Shown here: one piece after another, positions 8,466-17,963 of the stretch
Numbering within the stretch: the stretch's first letter is position 1
How the letters are laid out: the number at the start of each line of letters is the position of its first letter
Source of the DNA: Candidatus Marinacidobacterales bacterium
GTDB lineage: Bacteria; Acidobacteriota; Vicinamibacteria; Marinacidobacterales; DATDRI01
Reading direction: 5' to 3'
NCBI GenBank assembly: GCA_965226495.1
Contig: OZ245365.1
Location: forward strand, 3,840,001 to 3,904,000
Length of the DNA: 64,000 bases
Notes under the pieces: model-generated
Database searches by the model: none
The model's input: the letters and a program-made list of their open reading frames with translations, nothing else
What the model was told of the DNA's origin: nothing
Position numbers and translations under genes: made by a program

Positions 8466-9977
8466 ATGCCGACCCTCACCCAATTGCTCGAACGAGGCAA
8501 GGACGACGCCATCGCAATGGGAGCCCCTGGCCGAGAGCCGCTCACCTATGCCGATCTTCGCCGTCACATGGCGGAGACCGTCGAGTCGCTGAACCGTCTC
8601 GGGATCGGGCGCAACGACGCGGTTGCCATCGTGCTTCCGAACGGGCCCGAGATGGCATCGGCCTTCGTCTCCATCGCCGGGGGTGCCACCACCGCACCCC
8701 TCAACCCCGGCTACCGGAAAGAAGAGCTCGAGTTCTACTTGTCCGATCTCGAGGCGAAACTTCTTGTCGTCGAGCCCGGAGCCGAGAGCCCGGCGCGAGC
8801 CGCGGCGGAGAAGCTCGGGATCCCGGCGGCGGAGCTTGTGGCGGACCCTCAGTCTAAGGCGGGGTGGTTTCGACTGTCGGGCAAAGCCGCAGGGCGCCCG
8901 AAGCTGGGAGGAAACGCCGAGGCCGACGACATCGCGCTCGTCCTCCACACCTCCGGAACGACGTCACGCCCGAAGATTGTCCCTCTGAGTCATAACAACC
9001 TGTGCGCCTCAGCGAGAAACGTCGCAGAGAGCCTCTCGCTGATTCCCGAGGATCGCTGCCTCAACGTCATGCCGTTGTTCCATATTCACGGGCTCATCGC
9101 CGCGGTCCTCGGCTCGCTCAGTGCCGGCGCTTCCATTTTCTGCTCTCCTGGTTTCAATGCCCTCAAGTTCTTCGCGTGGATGAAAGAATCCCATCCAAAC
9201 TGGTACACGGCAGTGCCCACGATGCATCAAGCGATCCTGGCACGCGCCGAGCGAAACCGTGAGCTCATCGAGGCGAACCCGTTGCGATTCATTCGTTCCT
9301 CCTCGGCCTCGCTTCCCCCGCAGGTAATGGAAACCCTCGAATCCGTTTTTCACGCCCCCGTGATCGAGGCCTACGGCATGACGGAAGCCGCCCACCAGAT
9401 GGCCTGCAACCCACTGCCGCCTCGGGAACGGAAGATCGGCACGGTCGGTGTTGCGGCGGGTCCCGATGTCTCCATCATGGACGCAGCCAGCCAGCATCTA
9501 CCGCCGGGAAGCGTGGGCGAGGTCGTGATCCGCGGTTCCAACGTCACCGCCGGCTACCGAAACAACCCGGACGCCAACGCGGCGGGCTTCACCGAGGGTT
9601 GGTTCCGGACCGGGGATCAGGGCGTCATCGACGACGACGGATACCTTCGCCTGACCGGACGATTGAAAGAGATCATCAACCGCGGAGGGGAGAAGATCTC
9701 GCCGCGCGAAGTGGATGAAGTCCTCATGGATCATCCAGCGGTGACCCAGGCGGTCACTTTCGCCGTCCCCCACGACAAGCTCGGCGAGGACGTCGCGGCG
9801 GCGGTGATCTTGAAGGAAGGCGAGACCGCCAGCGAGAAAGACATCAAGGACTTCGCCCGCCAAAGACTCGCCGATTTCAAAGTGCCACGCCGAGTCGTCT
9901 TTCTCGATGAGATACCCAAAGGACCAACTGGCAAGCTTCAACGGATCGGCTTGGCCGAGAAGTTGGGCCTGACATGA
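8466..9977 (+). CDS. Acyl-CoA synthetase, oxalate-CoA ligase-like (Oxs/AAE3/Pcs60 type)
   Basis: LHTSGTTSRPK, PLFHIHGL, WYTAVPTMHQ, FIRSSSASL, EAYGMTEAAHQM, NRGGEKISP, PKGPTGKLQR. Confidence 0.85.
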   Translation: MPTLTQLLERGKDDAIAMGAPGREPLTYADLRRHMAETVESLNRLGIGRNDAVAIVLPNGPEMASAFVSIAGGATTAPLNPGYRKEELEFYLSDLEAKLLVVEPGAESPARAAAEKLGIPAAELVADPQSKAGWFRLSGKAAGRPKLGGNAEADDIALVLHTSGTTSRPKIVPLSHNNLCASARNVAESLSLIPEDRCLNVMPLFHIHGLIAAVLGSLSAGASIFCSPGFNALKFFAWMKESHPNWYTAVPTMHQAILARAERNRELIEANPLRFIRSSSASLPPQVMETLESVFHAPVIEAYGMTEAAHQMACNPLPPRERKIGTVGVAAGPDVSIMDAASQHLPPGSVGEVVIRGSNVTAGYRNNPDANAAGFTEGWFRTGDQGVIDDDGYLRLTGRLKEIINRGGEKISPREVDEVLMDHPAVTQAVTFAVPHDKLGEDVAAAVILKEGETASEKDIKDFARQRLADFKVPRRVVFLDEIPKGPTGKLQRIGLAEKLGLT

Positions 9978-9981
9978 TGAC

Positions 9982-10950
9982 ATGAAAATCTGCGTATACG
10001 GAGCCGGCGCTATCGGCGGCTACCTGGGAGCCGAGCTCGCATTGGCCGGCCTGGATGTCACCTTGATCGCACGCGGGCCTCATCTAAAGGCCATGCGGGA
10101 CAAGGGCCTCACACTCCTCATCGAGGGGGAGAAAAAAGTCGCAAACGTTAGGGCGACGGATGATCCGGCAGAAGCCGGCCCTCAGGACTACGTCGTGATT
10201 ACGTTGAAGGCGCACTCCGTGCCGCCCATCGTGGACAAGATAGTCCCGCTTCTCGGTCCGGAGACTGCGGTCGTCACCGCGCAGAACGGAGCCCCGTGGT
10301 GGTACTTCTACAAACTCGACGGGCCTTGGGAAAACAAACGTCTGGAGAGTGTCGATCCCGGCGGACGAATCTGGGACACGTTAGGCCCGGAGCGCGCAAT
10401 CGGATGTGTCGTCTACCCGTCTGCTGAGATCGTCGAGCCTGGCGTCATCGAGCATGGGACGGGGAAAAGATTCATGCTCGGTGAGCCGGACGGTTCGAAG
10501 TCCGATCGCACCCTCGCCCTTGGCAAGGCCTTCACCGCCGCCGGCCTCAAGGCGCCGGTGCGGCCACGGATTCGAGACGACCTCTGGCTCAAACTCTGGG
10601 GGAACCTGTCGCTCAACCCGGTGAGCGCGCTCACGCACGCCACGCTGGAAGAAATTTGCGGTGATCCCGGCACGCACGATCTGATCGGCTCGATGATGCG
10701 GGAAGGTCAAGCGATTGGGGAAAAACTCGGAGTGAAATTCTCCGTGGACGTGGAGACACGTATCGGCTGGGCTGCCGACACTGGCGCCCACAAGACATCC
10801 ATGCTTCAGGATCTAGAAAGAGGCCGGCCGATGGAAGTAGAAGCCCTAGTCGGCTCCGTTGCCGAGATGGGTCGATTGGTGGGAGTCCCTACCCCGACGA
10901 TCGACGCCGTTCTCGCTATGACGAGACTGCGGGCTCGCACCGCGGGGTGA
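9982..10950 (+). CDS. Ketopantoate reductase family protein; probable oxalyl-CoA reductase (PanE2-like)
   Basis: GAGAIGG Rossmann motif, QNGAPWWYFY, WLKLWGN, HKTSMLQD; 4 bp downstream of the oxalate-CoA ligase-like gene. Confidence 0.8.
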   Translation: MKICVYGAGAIGGYLGAELALAGLDVTLIARGPHLKAMRDKGLTLLIEGEKKVANVRATDDPAEAGPQDYVVITLKAHSVPPIVDKIVPLLGPETAVVTAQNGAPWWYFYKLDGPWENKRLESVDPGGRIWDTLGPERAIGCVVYPSAEIVEPGVIEHGTGKRFMLGEPDGSKSDRTLALGKAFTAAGLKAPVRPRIRDDLWLKLWGNLSLNPVSALTHATLEEICGDPGTHDLIGSMMREGQAIGEKLGVKFSVDVETRIGWAADTGAHKTSMLQDLERGRPMEVEALVGSVAEMGRLVGVPTPTIDAVLAMTRLRARTAG

Positions 10951-10953
10951 AAC

Positions 10954-12435
10954 GTGTCGGGAGAAAAGAACAAAGATCTCGAAGACTTGGAGCTTCCTCA
11001 CACCAGTCTGGGCAATCTCTTTCGGCTGTTCGGACCGGGCATGATCCTTATGATGACCGGCGTGGGGACGAGTCACATGGTGACGGCCCCGGTAGCCGGT
11101 GGCCGCTTCGGCTATGCCTTACTCTGGTGCATTCCCGTCGCCTACATCTTCAAGTACTACGGGTTCGAGATGGCCTTCCGATTCACGCACGCGACGGGAA
11201 GGAGCATGCTCGATGCCTATGCCACCGCCTGGAAACAGTGGCCTTTGTGGTACGTGCTCGGCACGACATTAATTCAATGCGTGGTTGGGCAAGCGGGGCG
11301 ATTGGTTGCGGCATCGGCGGTGGCCTACTACTTCCTTTCTGAATACGTCGGCGTCGAGGTTCCGATCCCGCTTCTCGGACTCGCCCTGGGCATGGTCTCG
11401 GTCGGAATTATTCTACGTGGCCGATACGAAGCGGTCGAAGTCGCCGCCAAGGTTGCGGCTGGCGTACTCATGGTGTCGAGCTTCGGCATCTACTTCGTCG
11501 AGCCCGCCCCCTTGTCCTCGATGCGTCATTTTTTCTTGCTCGACACTCCGGAGGGATCTTGGCTCGTCATCGCGGCGTTTCTTGGACTTCTACCCACCGG
11601 AATCGATGTCTCCTTGCAAGCATCGGAGTGGGGAAAAGCAAAGAAGGCGGGCATGGGTGGGATCCGAGAGCGACTCGAGGAGCTCGGTCTCGCGGCCGCG
11701 TTCGATCCCTTTGTTTCACGAAAGGAAGACTTGGCCGTCGAAACGTCGAGGCTATCGCCCCATACGCTGGAGTACTGCCGCCGCTGGTTCAAAATCGGTT
11801 TGTGGGATTTCCGCCTCGGCCACGTCATTTCATTCCTCACCGCCTGCGTGTTCCTCTTGCTGGCGGCGGTATGGCTCTATCCAAGTCCGGTCGAGGGAAC
11901 CGCGGTGATGGGAGAGATTGCGAAGATTTTTACTTTGAGCGTCGGCCCGGGGATGATGATCGTGTTCCTGGTCGGCGCGTTTGCCGCGACCTACTCGACC
12001 GCTTTCAACTATTTCGACGGCTGGCCGCGCGTCGTGGCCGCGTGCTGTCGGAACTTGTTCAAGCCGACCGCATCACTAAGGGGAATCGCGAAAGAGGATC
12101 TTACACCGGAGCACCAAAGCAAATGGTACTCCGAGTACAACATCTACCGCGCGACGATGCTCTTCTCACTGGTGGCGGCGGTCTCCATCATAGCCGGCGT
12201 GCCAAAACCCGTCTGGTTGGTCCTAATCGCCTCGGCACTGGCGTTTTTTGTCGCTCCGGTGATTTTCTATTTGAACCTCTACTACTGTTTCTCCGTGATC
12301 CCACGAGAGGACAAAGAGTTCTACCCTTCCGGCTTTGCGACGTGGTTCAGCTGGGCCAGCCTGATGATATTCACCGGCATGACCGCGTTATTGATACTGG
12401 CGCGCGTCTTTAAGATCGAGCTTTTGGCTAATTAA
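10954..12435 (+). CDS. Nramp-like (APC superfamily) membrane transporter
   Basis: GPGMILMMTGVGTSH...AGGRFGYALLW N-terminus, about 11 hydrophobic segments, YSTAFNYFDGWPR. Confidence 0.75.
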   Translation: MSGEKNKDLEDLELPHTSLGNLFRLFGPGMILMMTGVGTSHMVTAPVAGGRFGYALLWCIPVAYIFKYYGFEMAFRFTHATGRSMLDAYATAWKQWPLWYVLGTTLIQCVVGQAGRLVAASAVAYYFLSEYVGVEVPIPLLGLALGMVSVGIILRGRYEAVEVAAKVAAGVLMVSSFGIYFVEPAPLSSMRHFFLLDTPEGSWLVIAAFLGLLPTGIDVSLQASEWGKAKKAGMGGIRERLEELGLAAAFDPFVSRKEDLAVETSRLSPHTLEYCRRWFKIGLWDFRLGHVISFLTACVFLLLAAVWLYPSPVEGTAVMGEIAKIFTLSVGPGMMIVFLVGAFAATYSTAFNYFDGWPRVVAACCRNLFKPTASLRGIAKEDLTPEHQSKWYSEYNIYRATMLFSLVAAVSIIAGVPKPVWLVLIASALAFFVAPVIFYLNLYYCFSVIPREDKEFYPSGFATWFSWASLMIFTGMTALLILARVFKIELLAN

Positions 12436-12437
12436 TG

Positions 12438-12600
12438 AAACGCGGCCGGGCCGGAGGCCCGCCGGCCGGGAGGAATCGCGCCGTTAGGCGCGAGGGAACC
12501 CGGCCGTGGTTTTTGGGCGCGAGCACAGCCTTGAGCCATTGCGGAGTCGCTTGCCGACGAAGCATGAGGCGTGGGGGGTGGGGCCCCGACGCCACTAATT
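12438..12600. repeat. GC-rich multi-hairpin intergenic element between convergent genes
   Basis: CGCGGCCGGG pairs with CCCGGCCGTG; internal hairpins GGGCC-GGA-GGCCC and TCGCGCC-GTTA-GGCGCGA; followed by TTTTT and a GGGGGGTGGGGCCCC segment. Confidence 0.45.
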
Positions 12601-12612
12601 TCGCTAGCTGCC

Positions 12613-13206
12613 CTACTTCGGACGAACCTTGAGAGCGTTCTCGAGCGTCTTCACCATCCCGCCGACGGACAATACGGCGCGCGAGGCCGTCTCTTTGTCC
12701 TCTTCCGAGAACACGTAACCCATGAGCCTGACGTCGCCCTTCACAACGACAATGTGAATGGGATGAGGGCCGCGAGGTAAGGAGCTCTGCGCGCCGACGA
12801 CGTAGTACATGGCCTCTTTCGCGTAGGGCTGCATCGTGGTGTAGTAGATTGAGCGGTAGATTTGCCGGCGTATCTCTACGTCCGACTTGGGGGTCCGCGT
12901 ATACTCAATTTCGTTTTTAACTTCCTTGACGCCCTTGACCTTCTTGACCGCCGCGGGGGCCTGGGACCTAAGAGAAGTGCGGTGCGCGATACCCCTCAAG
13001 TAAACGACATTGTCCTTGATTCCAAACGTAAGCCAGTCATAAACCGTATAGTCAGGCAAGTTGGCGATGACGGAGAGAATGTCCTGGGTCATCCTCACCA
13101 ATTCGTCTTGATCTGCCTGTCCACGTGCGTCGACGCGAGGCGCCACCATCATCGCAGCCAGAATCATTGCTAGTGCTATGGAGCGCATCCACTGACGTGT
13201 ATTCAT
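12613..13206 (-). CDS. BON domain-containing exported protein
   Basis: Signal peptide, two BON-like repeats (VYLRG...VKGVKEVKNEI; IHIVVVKGDVRLMG...LENAL); GGAGAGGAG RBS before ATG 13206. Confidence 0.8.
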   Translation of the reverse strand: MNTRQWMRSIALAMILAAMMVAPRVDARGQADQDELVRMTQDILSVIANLPDYTVYDWLTFGIKDNVVYLRGIAHRTSLRSQAPAAVKKVKGVKEVKNEIEYTRTPKSDVEIRRQIYRSIYYTTMQPYAKEAMYYVVGAQSSLPRGPHPIHIVVVKGDVRLMGYVFSEEDKETASRAVLSVGGMVKTLENALKVRPK

Positions 13207-13370
13207 TGATCTCCTCTCCTCTGTGACCACCTTCGGCAGGCGGCGTCGGCCCAAATTTCGAATCCGGAAGGATAGCGGGCCGGAGAGCGTATGTAAAGTC
13301 CAGTATAAGGGGGGACGGAATCCTCAATGTGGTAGGATTCTGCGAATTTCAGAGCGATTGGAAGGCTCGG

Positions 13371-13577
13371 ATGAAAGATTTCTTTCCCATACCCAAGGGT
13401 GACGGCTGGTATCTGTTAGCACTTCTGCTCTTCTCCATCGTCGCCTTCTTCCCTTGGTGGCGCGAAGTGTATGTCGCCGGCATGTCGGCCTTCGGGTGGC
13501 TCATGGCCATCCTCATGATCTTTTCCCCCGCGGTCGCCTTGCTCATCTTCCGTTGGGAGCGCAAGAAAGACTCATGA
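13371..13577 (+). CDS. Small two-TM membrane protein, companion of the SSS transporter
   Basis: 68 aa, two hydrophobic helices, ATGA overlap with the downstream symporter. Confidence 0.7.
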   Translation: MKDFFPIPKGDGWYLLALLLFSIVAFFPWWREVYVAGMSAFGWLMAILMIFSPAVALLIFRWERKKDS

Positions 13578-14992
13578 GTCTCGAATTGGCGTTGGTTCTC
13601 GCCTACCTGGGTGGGTGTATCGGGATCGGCATTTTCGCCTCGCGGAAGGTCATGGCGTCTAAGGACGAGTACTGGGTGGCGGGCCGCCGTATTGGTACGT
13701 TCGTCAACTCCATGGCGATCATGGCGGCCCTAGCTAGCGGAGGCTCAATCATCGGTGTGATGGGATTGGCGTACTCCCGCGGTATCCCTTCGACGCTGGC
13801 CTTGTTTGCGGGTGCGGTGCTTGGGTTCCCTCTCGCATCGGTCCTGGTCGCTCGACCCCTGAGGAACTTTGGCAAGTACACCATCACGGACTTTCTCGCC
13901 TTCCGCTATCCCCATCCCGTCGTCAGATACCTCGTCCCTTCACTCATCGTAGCGAGCTTCACCGTGTACATCATCGCCCAAATGAAAGCCGCGGGTATTA
14001 CTGCCAACGTGTTGTTGGGAATTCCGTACGATGTGGCGCTCACCTTCGCGACCCTCGTCTTCATTCTCTACGTTTCAATAGGTGGCATGCTGGCCATCAC
14101 CTGGACCGACGTGATCCAGGGTGTCCTCATGCTCACCGTCGTCATCGGCTGCGCCCTGGTGTTGATTTGGCGCGCGGGATCCCCGTTGGGCTTGATGGCT
14201 CAGGCCACGGCCGCAGCTCCCGAGCTCGGTCAAGTCTCCGGACAATCGCTGGGGAGCTACCTAAGCTTTTTCGTCATCTGGGCGGCGGCCATCCCGGTCA
14301 TTCCCCACATCGTCATGCGCGTCTTCACCGCGAAGAATGCCGAAGGGGCGAGACTCTCGCTCAATATCGCCATGCTCTTCTACAGCATCATGATCTTGGC
14401 CGCGGTGCTGGCCATCGTGCCGGTCGGAAAAATGTATTTCCCCGACCTCGCGGACGCGGATCAGGTTTTCCTCATGGTCATCGAACAAGAATTCCCTCCG
14501 ATCTTTCGCGGCATCGCCGTCGCCGCGGTGCTGGCGGCGGTTATGTCCACGACCGATGCTCTCTTGCTCGCCTGTAGCTCGGCGATCTCCCACGATCTGC
14601 TCGGGAAGTGGACCGATAAGCTCGGCCCGAAGGCAAGCGCCTGGGTCGGGATCGGATCGGCTTGGGTCATCGGTCTTGTGGCTCTTTACTTTGCCTATTC
14701 TCCCCCGGAGCTCATTAGCGAGTTCTATACTGCGGCGGTTGGGATCTTGAGCGCCGGCCTCTTCGTACCCATGATCGCCGGACTCTGGTGGAAGCGTGCC
14801 AACCTGGTAGGTGGCGTCGCGGCCTTGTTGACGGGCAGCTTGCTCTATCTCTACCTGGTGCTCGCCACTTCGCTCCCCGCGATATTGATCGCCTTGCCGG
14901 CGAGCGCCGTCGCCATGTGGATCGGTGGCCAAGTGGGAGCGGCGGAAAAGTCCGAGATGTTGGAAGCGATTGGCCGCCTGCACCAAAACTGA
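13574..14992 (+). CDS. Sodium:solute symporter family protein
   Basis: EYWVAGR, YTITDFLAFRY, GGMLAITWTDVIQG, PHIVMRVFTAK, AAVMSTTD, GLWWKRAN. Confidence 0.9.
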   Translation: MSLELALVLAYLGGCIGIGIFASRKVMASKDEYWVAGRRIGTFVNSMAIMAALASGGSIIGVMGLAYSRGIPSTLALFAGAVLGFPLASVLVARPLRNFGKYTITDFLAFRYPHPVVRYLVPSLIVASFTVYIIAQMKAAGITANVLLGIPYDVALTFATLVFILYVSIGGMLAITWTDVIQGVLMLTVVIGCALVLIWRAGSPLGLMAQATAAAPELGQVSGQSLGSYLSFFVIWAAAIPVIPHIVMRVFTAKNAEGARLSLNIAMLFYSIMILAAVLAIVPVGKMYFPDLADADQVFLMVIEQEFPPIFRGIAVAAVLAAVMSTTDALLLACSSAISHDLLGKWTDKLGPKASAWVGIGSAWVIGLVALYFAYSPPELISEFYTAAVGILSAGLFVPMIAGLWWKRANLVGGVAALLTGSLLYLYLVLATSLPAILIALPASAVAMWIGGQVGAAEKSEMLEAIGRLHQN

Positions 14993-15004
14993 CCGCACCG
15001 CCCT

Positions 15005-16618
15005 ATGCAAGACAGACTCAAAGAGCTGGAGGCCAGAGCCCGTGCCCTAGAACCAGGCCCCGAGGAGAGGCAATCTCTGCTCGACTTGGTGGTTGCCTAC
15101 TGCGAGCGTTTCCTGGAGCGGCTGCCAGAACTACCAGCCTTCGAACTAACCGAGGACAAGGGTATCGGGCTCTACGACGCTCCCGTTTCGGAAGACCCCG
15201 TTGCGCTCGAGGCGTTGCTGAACCTTCTCGATCACAATGTCGTTCGACCGGGCTTGAACCCCGCTTCCGCAGGACATCTCGGATACATCCCGGGAGGTGG
15301 AATCTATCCGTCCGCGCTGGGCGACTACATCGCCGCGGTCACCAATCGTTATGCCGGCGTTTTCTTCCCCGGCCCGGGCGCGGTGCGCATGGAGAACATG
15401 CTCCTCGATTGGATGGCCGAGCTCGTGGGATACCCGCCGAGCGCCGCGGGGAGCTTGAGCTCAGGGGGCAGTATCGCCAACCTTGGCGGGATCGTCACCG
15501 CACGGGACGCCCACGATTTGAAGGCCAGGGATTTCGAGCGCTCGGTCATCTACATGACCGAGCACGTCCACCACTCCGTGGACAAGGCGATCCGTATCGC
15601 TGGCCTCGGCGAGTCGGTTCGAACAATCGTCCCTTTGGACGCTGGTCGCCGGATGGACCCCGAAACCCTCGAGAAGGCGATTCTCAAAGACAAGGCCGCC
15701 GGATTGATCCCCTGGCTCGTCGTCGCGTCCGCGGGAACCGCCGACACTGGCGCGGTGGATCCGCTCGGCCCCATAGGTGAGATCGCCAGCCGGCATTCTC
15801 TTTGGTTTCATATCGACGGCGCCTATGGAGCGTTTTTCGCTTTGTGTGAGGAGGGAAAGAAGATCCTCCGCGGCATGGATCGCTCCCACTCGATAGTGAT
15901 GGATCCCCACAAGGGGCTCTTCCTGCCCTACGGGACTGGAGCGGTGTTGGTGAAGGAAGGAAAACACCTCTCCAACGCTCATTACTACGATGCGCATTAC
16001 ATGCAAGATGCCGCCAGGAGCAGAGACGAGCTCGCACCCGCCGATCTTTCCCCCGAGCTCAGCAAACACTTCCGCGCCCTCAGATTTTGGCTGCCGGTGA
16101 AGCTTTTCGGCGTGCGGCCCTTCCGAGCCGCGCTAGAGGAGAAACTGCTTTTGGCTCGCTACTTCTACGAGAAAATTCAGGCCGTGGACGGGTTCGAGGT
16201 TGGTCCTTACCCCGACCTCTCGGTTGTGACTTTCCGGTACCTTCCGCAGCAGGGCGATGCCGACGCGTTCAACCAACGGCTCACCGACGAAATCCAAAAA
16301 GACGGCAGGATTTTTCTCTCCACGACCCAGTTGGATGGACGCTTCGTTTTGCGGCTCGCGGTCTTGTCCTTTCGCACTCACTTGGACACCATCGACCTCA
16401 CCCTCGAGATATTGAAGGAGAAGATCAACGAGCGATCGGCTAAGTCTGCAGTTTCGCCCAAAGAGCCCCAGCGGTTGTCGGATCCAAACGGAGCTCTCGT
16501 TTCAGAAGAATCGAGCGACGGAGCTGCCTTCCCATTAGTCCAGTTTCCCGGTGCGGGAGACCGGGAGCAATGGCATGAACCATTTCGTGGGCCAACACAC
16601 GACTCTCAACGTTGGTAG
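15005..16618 (+). CDS. Group II PLP-dependent amino acid decarboxylase (true end may be 16443)
   Basis: GGSIAN, HHSVDKA, AGTADTGAVDP, WFHIDGAYG, DPHKGLFLPY (PLP lysine), RLAVLSFRTH. The last ~58 aa look like read-through. Confidence 0.88.
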   Translation: MQDRLKELEARARALEPGPEERQSLLDLVVAYCERFLERLPELPAFELTEDKGIGLYDAPVSEDPVALEALLNLLDHNVVRPGLNPASAGHLGYIPGGGIYPSALGDYIAAVTNRYAGVFFPGPGAVRMENMLLDWMAELVGYPPSAAGSLSSGGSIANLGGIVTARDAHDLKARDFERSVIYMTEHVHHSVDKAIRIAGLGESVRTIVPLDAGRRMDPETLEKAILKDKAAGLIPWLVVASAGTADTGAVDPLGPIGEIASRHSLWFHIDGAYGAFFALCEEGKKILRGMDRSHSIVMDPHKGLFLPYGTGAVLVKEGKHLSNAHYYDAHYMQDAARSRDELAPADLSPELSKHFRALRFWLPVKLFGVRPFRAALEEKLLLARYFYEKIQAVDGFEVGPYPDLSVVTFRYLPQQGDADAFNQRLTDEIQKDGRIFLSTTQLDGRFVLRLAVLSFRTHLDTIDLTLEILKEKINERSAKSAVSPKEPQRLSDPNGALVSEESSDGAAFPLVQFPGAGDREQWHEPFRGPTHDSQRW

Positions 16619-16639
16619 ATGCTCCTGGCAAGGTTTCAT
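16440..16639 (-). pseudogene. Internally deleted remnant of a HExxH zincin-like protein
   Basis: GGAGG RBS and ATG at 16639 (MKPCQEHLPTLRV), then a frame jump to RVLAHEMVHAIAPGLPH..GLM and a TAG at 16440. Confidence 0.55.
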
Positions 16640-16845
16640 TGGATTCCTCCTAGGTGTTCCAGTTGTCGAAGCGACGAAATAATCGCGCGCGCGTTTGATC
16701 TATGAGACGTAACAGTTCTCCGATTGGTTCTAAGTTTTTCGGGGATGCCACGATTCTGTTGTGAGCCTTACACGAGCATCAATTCCTTGAAGTGGGATTC
16801 AATGTTGCGCCCATCGTGCGAGAAACTTCGGAGATAGAATAGGGA

Positions 16846-17952
16846 ATGCGCTGGAAAGAAGTATCTGGAGGCAAGGTCGTCGCCTGGGCGGTCGCCTTGA
16901 CCTCGGGGCCGGCAACGCTCCTCCTGATGGAGATAGCCTTTCGGTATCCAGCACACACCGAGCGCCTCTACGGCGAGTGGCTCTACCCTCGCATCGCTAA
17001 TGTGCTGGGAGCAGTGAATGGACTGTTCCCGTTCTCGCTCGCTCAGTTGGCGGCTTTTTTCCTTTTAGTCGGAGGAATACTTTATTGGGTCTCGCGCAAA
17101 CGCCGAGGGGGGTCCAGGCTTGCCCGAGTCGGGCGTGCCGTTGCGGTCGTTTGGGCATTGGCCGGGATCATCGCCTTCTCATTCGTAACCTCGTGGGGAC
17201 TAAACTACGCGCGACCATCATTGGAGGAACGCTTGGAGCTGTCAACCCGGGACATCGGGCTCGAGGAAGTACTGGATGCCGGTAAACGGTGTGCCACGTT
17301 GGCCACCGAGCTTCACACTTCCCTCGAGCAACCTGGTGACGAACCGACCGTCTCACCTCTGGGTTTCGCTCGCCTGAACGAGCTCATCGACCTACGGCTC
17401 AAGGACCTTCGGCTCCCCGGCGATCGCATCAAGCCTCCCACCTCTCCGGCCAAGAAACTTTGGGGCTCGGGCGCCATGGCCTATCTCGGGCTCAGCGGCA
17501 TATTCATTGCCTTCACCGGGGAACCATCCATCAACTCGATCGTGCCCGACGCCTCGCTGCCCATCGTCGTCGCTCATGAAAAAGCACATCAACGCGGCAT
17601 TGCCAACGAGGGGGAAGCCAACCTGGTAGCTTTCATGGCGTGCTCGGGGGCATCGGACTCCGCGTACGTGTCTTACGCGGCCTACCTGTACGCGACCGGA
17701 CAGCTCCTCGGAGCAGCCTCGCAGCAATCGCAGGAAGAGGCAAAGTCAGCCTGGGCCGCACTCGGCCCTGGTCCACGGCGGGATCTCGTCGCGATACAGG
17801 AGTTCTGGGACCGCTATCATGGCCCGGCCGCTGAAGCCGCGGACAAAGTCAACGATGCCTATCTTCGTTCTTTCCGCGTGCCCGGGGGAGTTCACAGTTA
17901 TCGGAGAGTGGTTCAACTGCTAGTTGCCCTCGACCGCAAAGGAAAGCTTTAA
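16846..17952 (+). CDS. DUF3810-like membrane-anchored putative zinc metalloprotein
   Basis: ERLYGEWLYP, FPFSL, WGLNYARP, FTGEP, AHEKAHQRG..EGEAN. Confidence 0.8.
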   Translation: MRWKEVSGGKVVAWAVALTSGPATLLLMEIAFRYPAHTERLYGEWLYPRIANVLGAVNGLFPFSLAQLAAFFLLVGGILYWVSRKRRGGSRLARVGRAVAVVWALAGIIAFSFVTSWGLNYARPSLEERLELSTRDIGLEEVLDAGKRCATLATELHTSLEQPGDEPTVSPLGFARLNELIDLRLKDLRLPGDRIKPPTSPAKKLWGSGAMAYLGLSGIFIAFTGEPSINSIVPDASLPIVVAHEKAHQRGIANEGEANLVAFMACSGASDSAYVSYAAYLYATGQLLGAASQQSQEEAKSAWAALGPGPRRDLVAIQEFWDRYHGPAAEAADKVNDAYLRSFRVPGGVHSYRRVVQLLVALDRKGKL

Positions 17953-17963
17953 GGAACCCCGTT

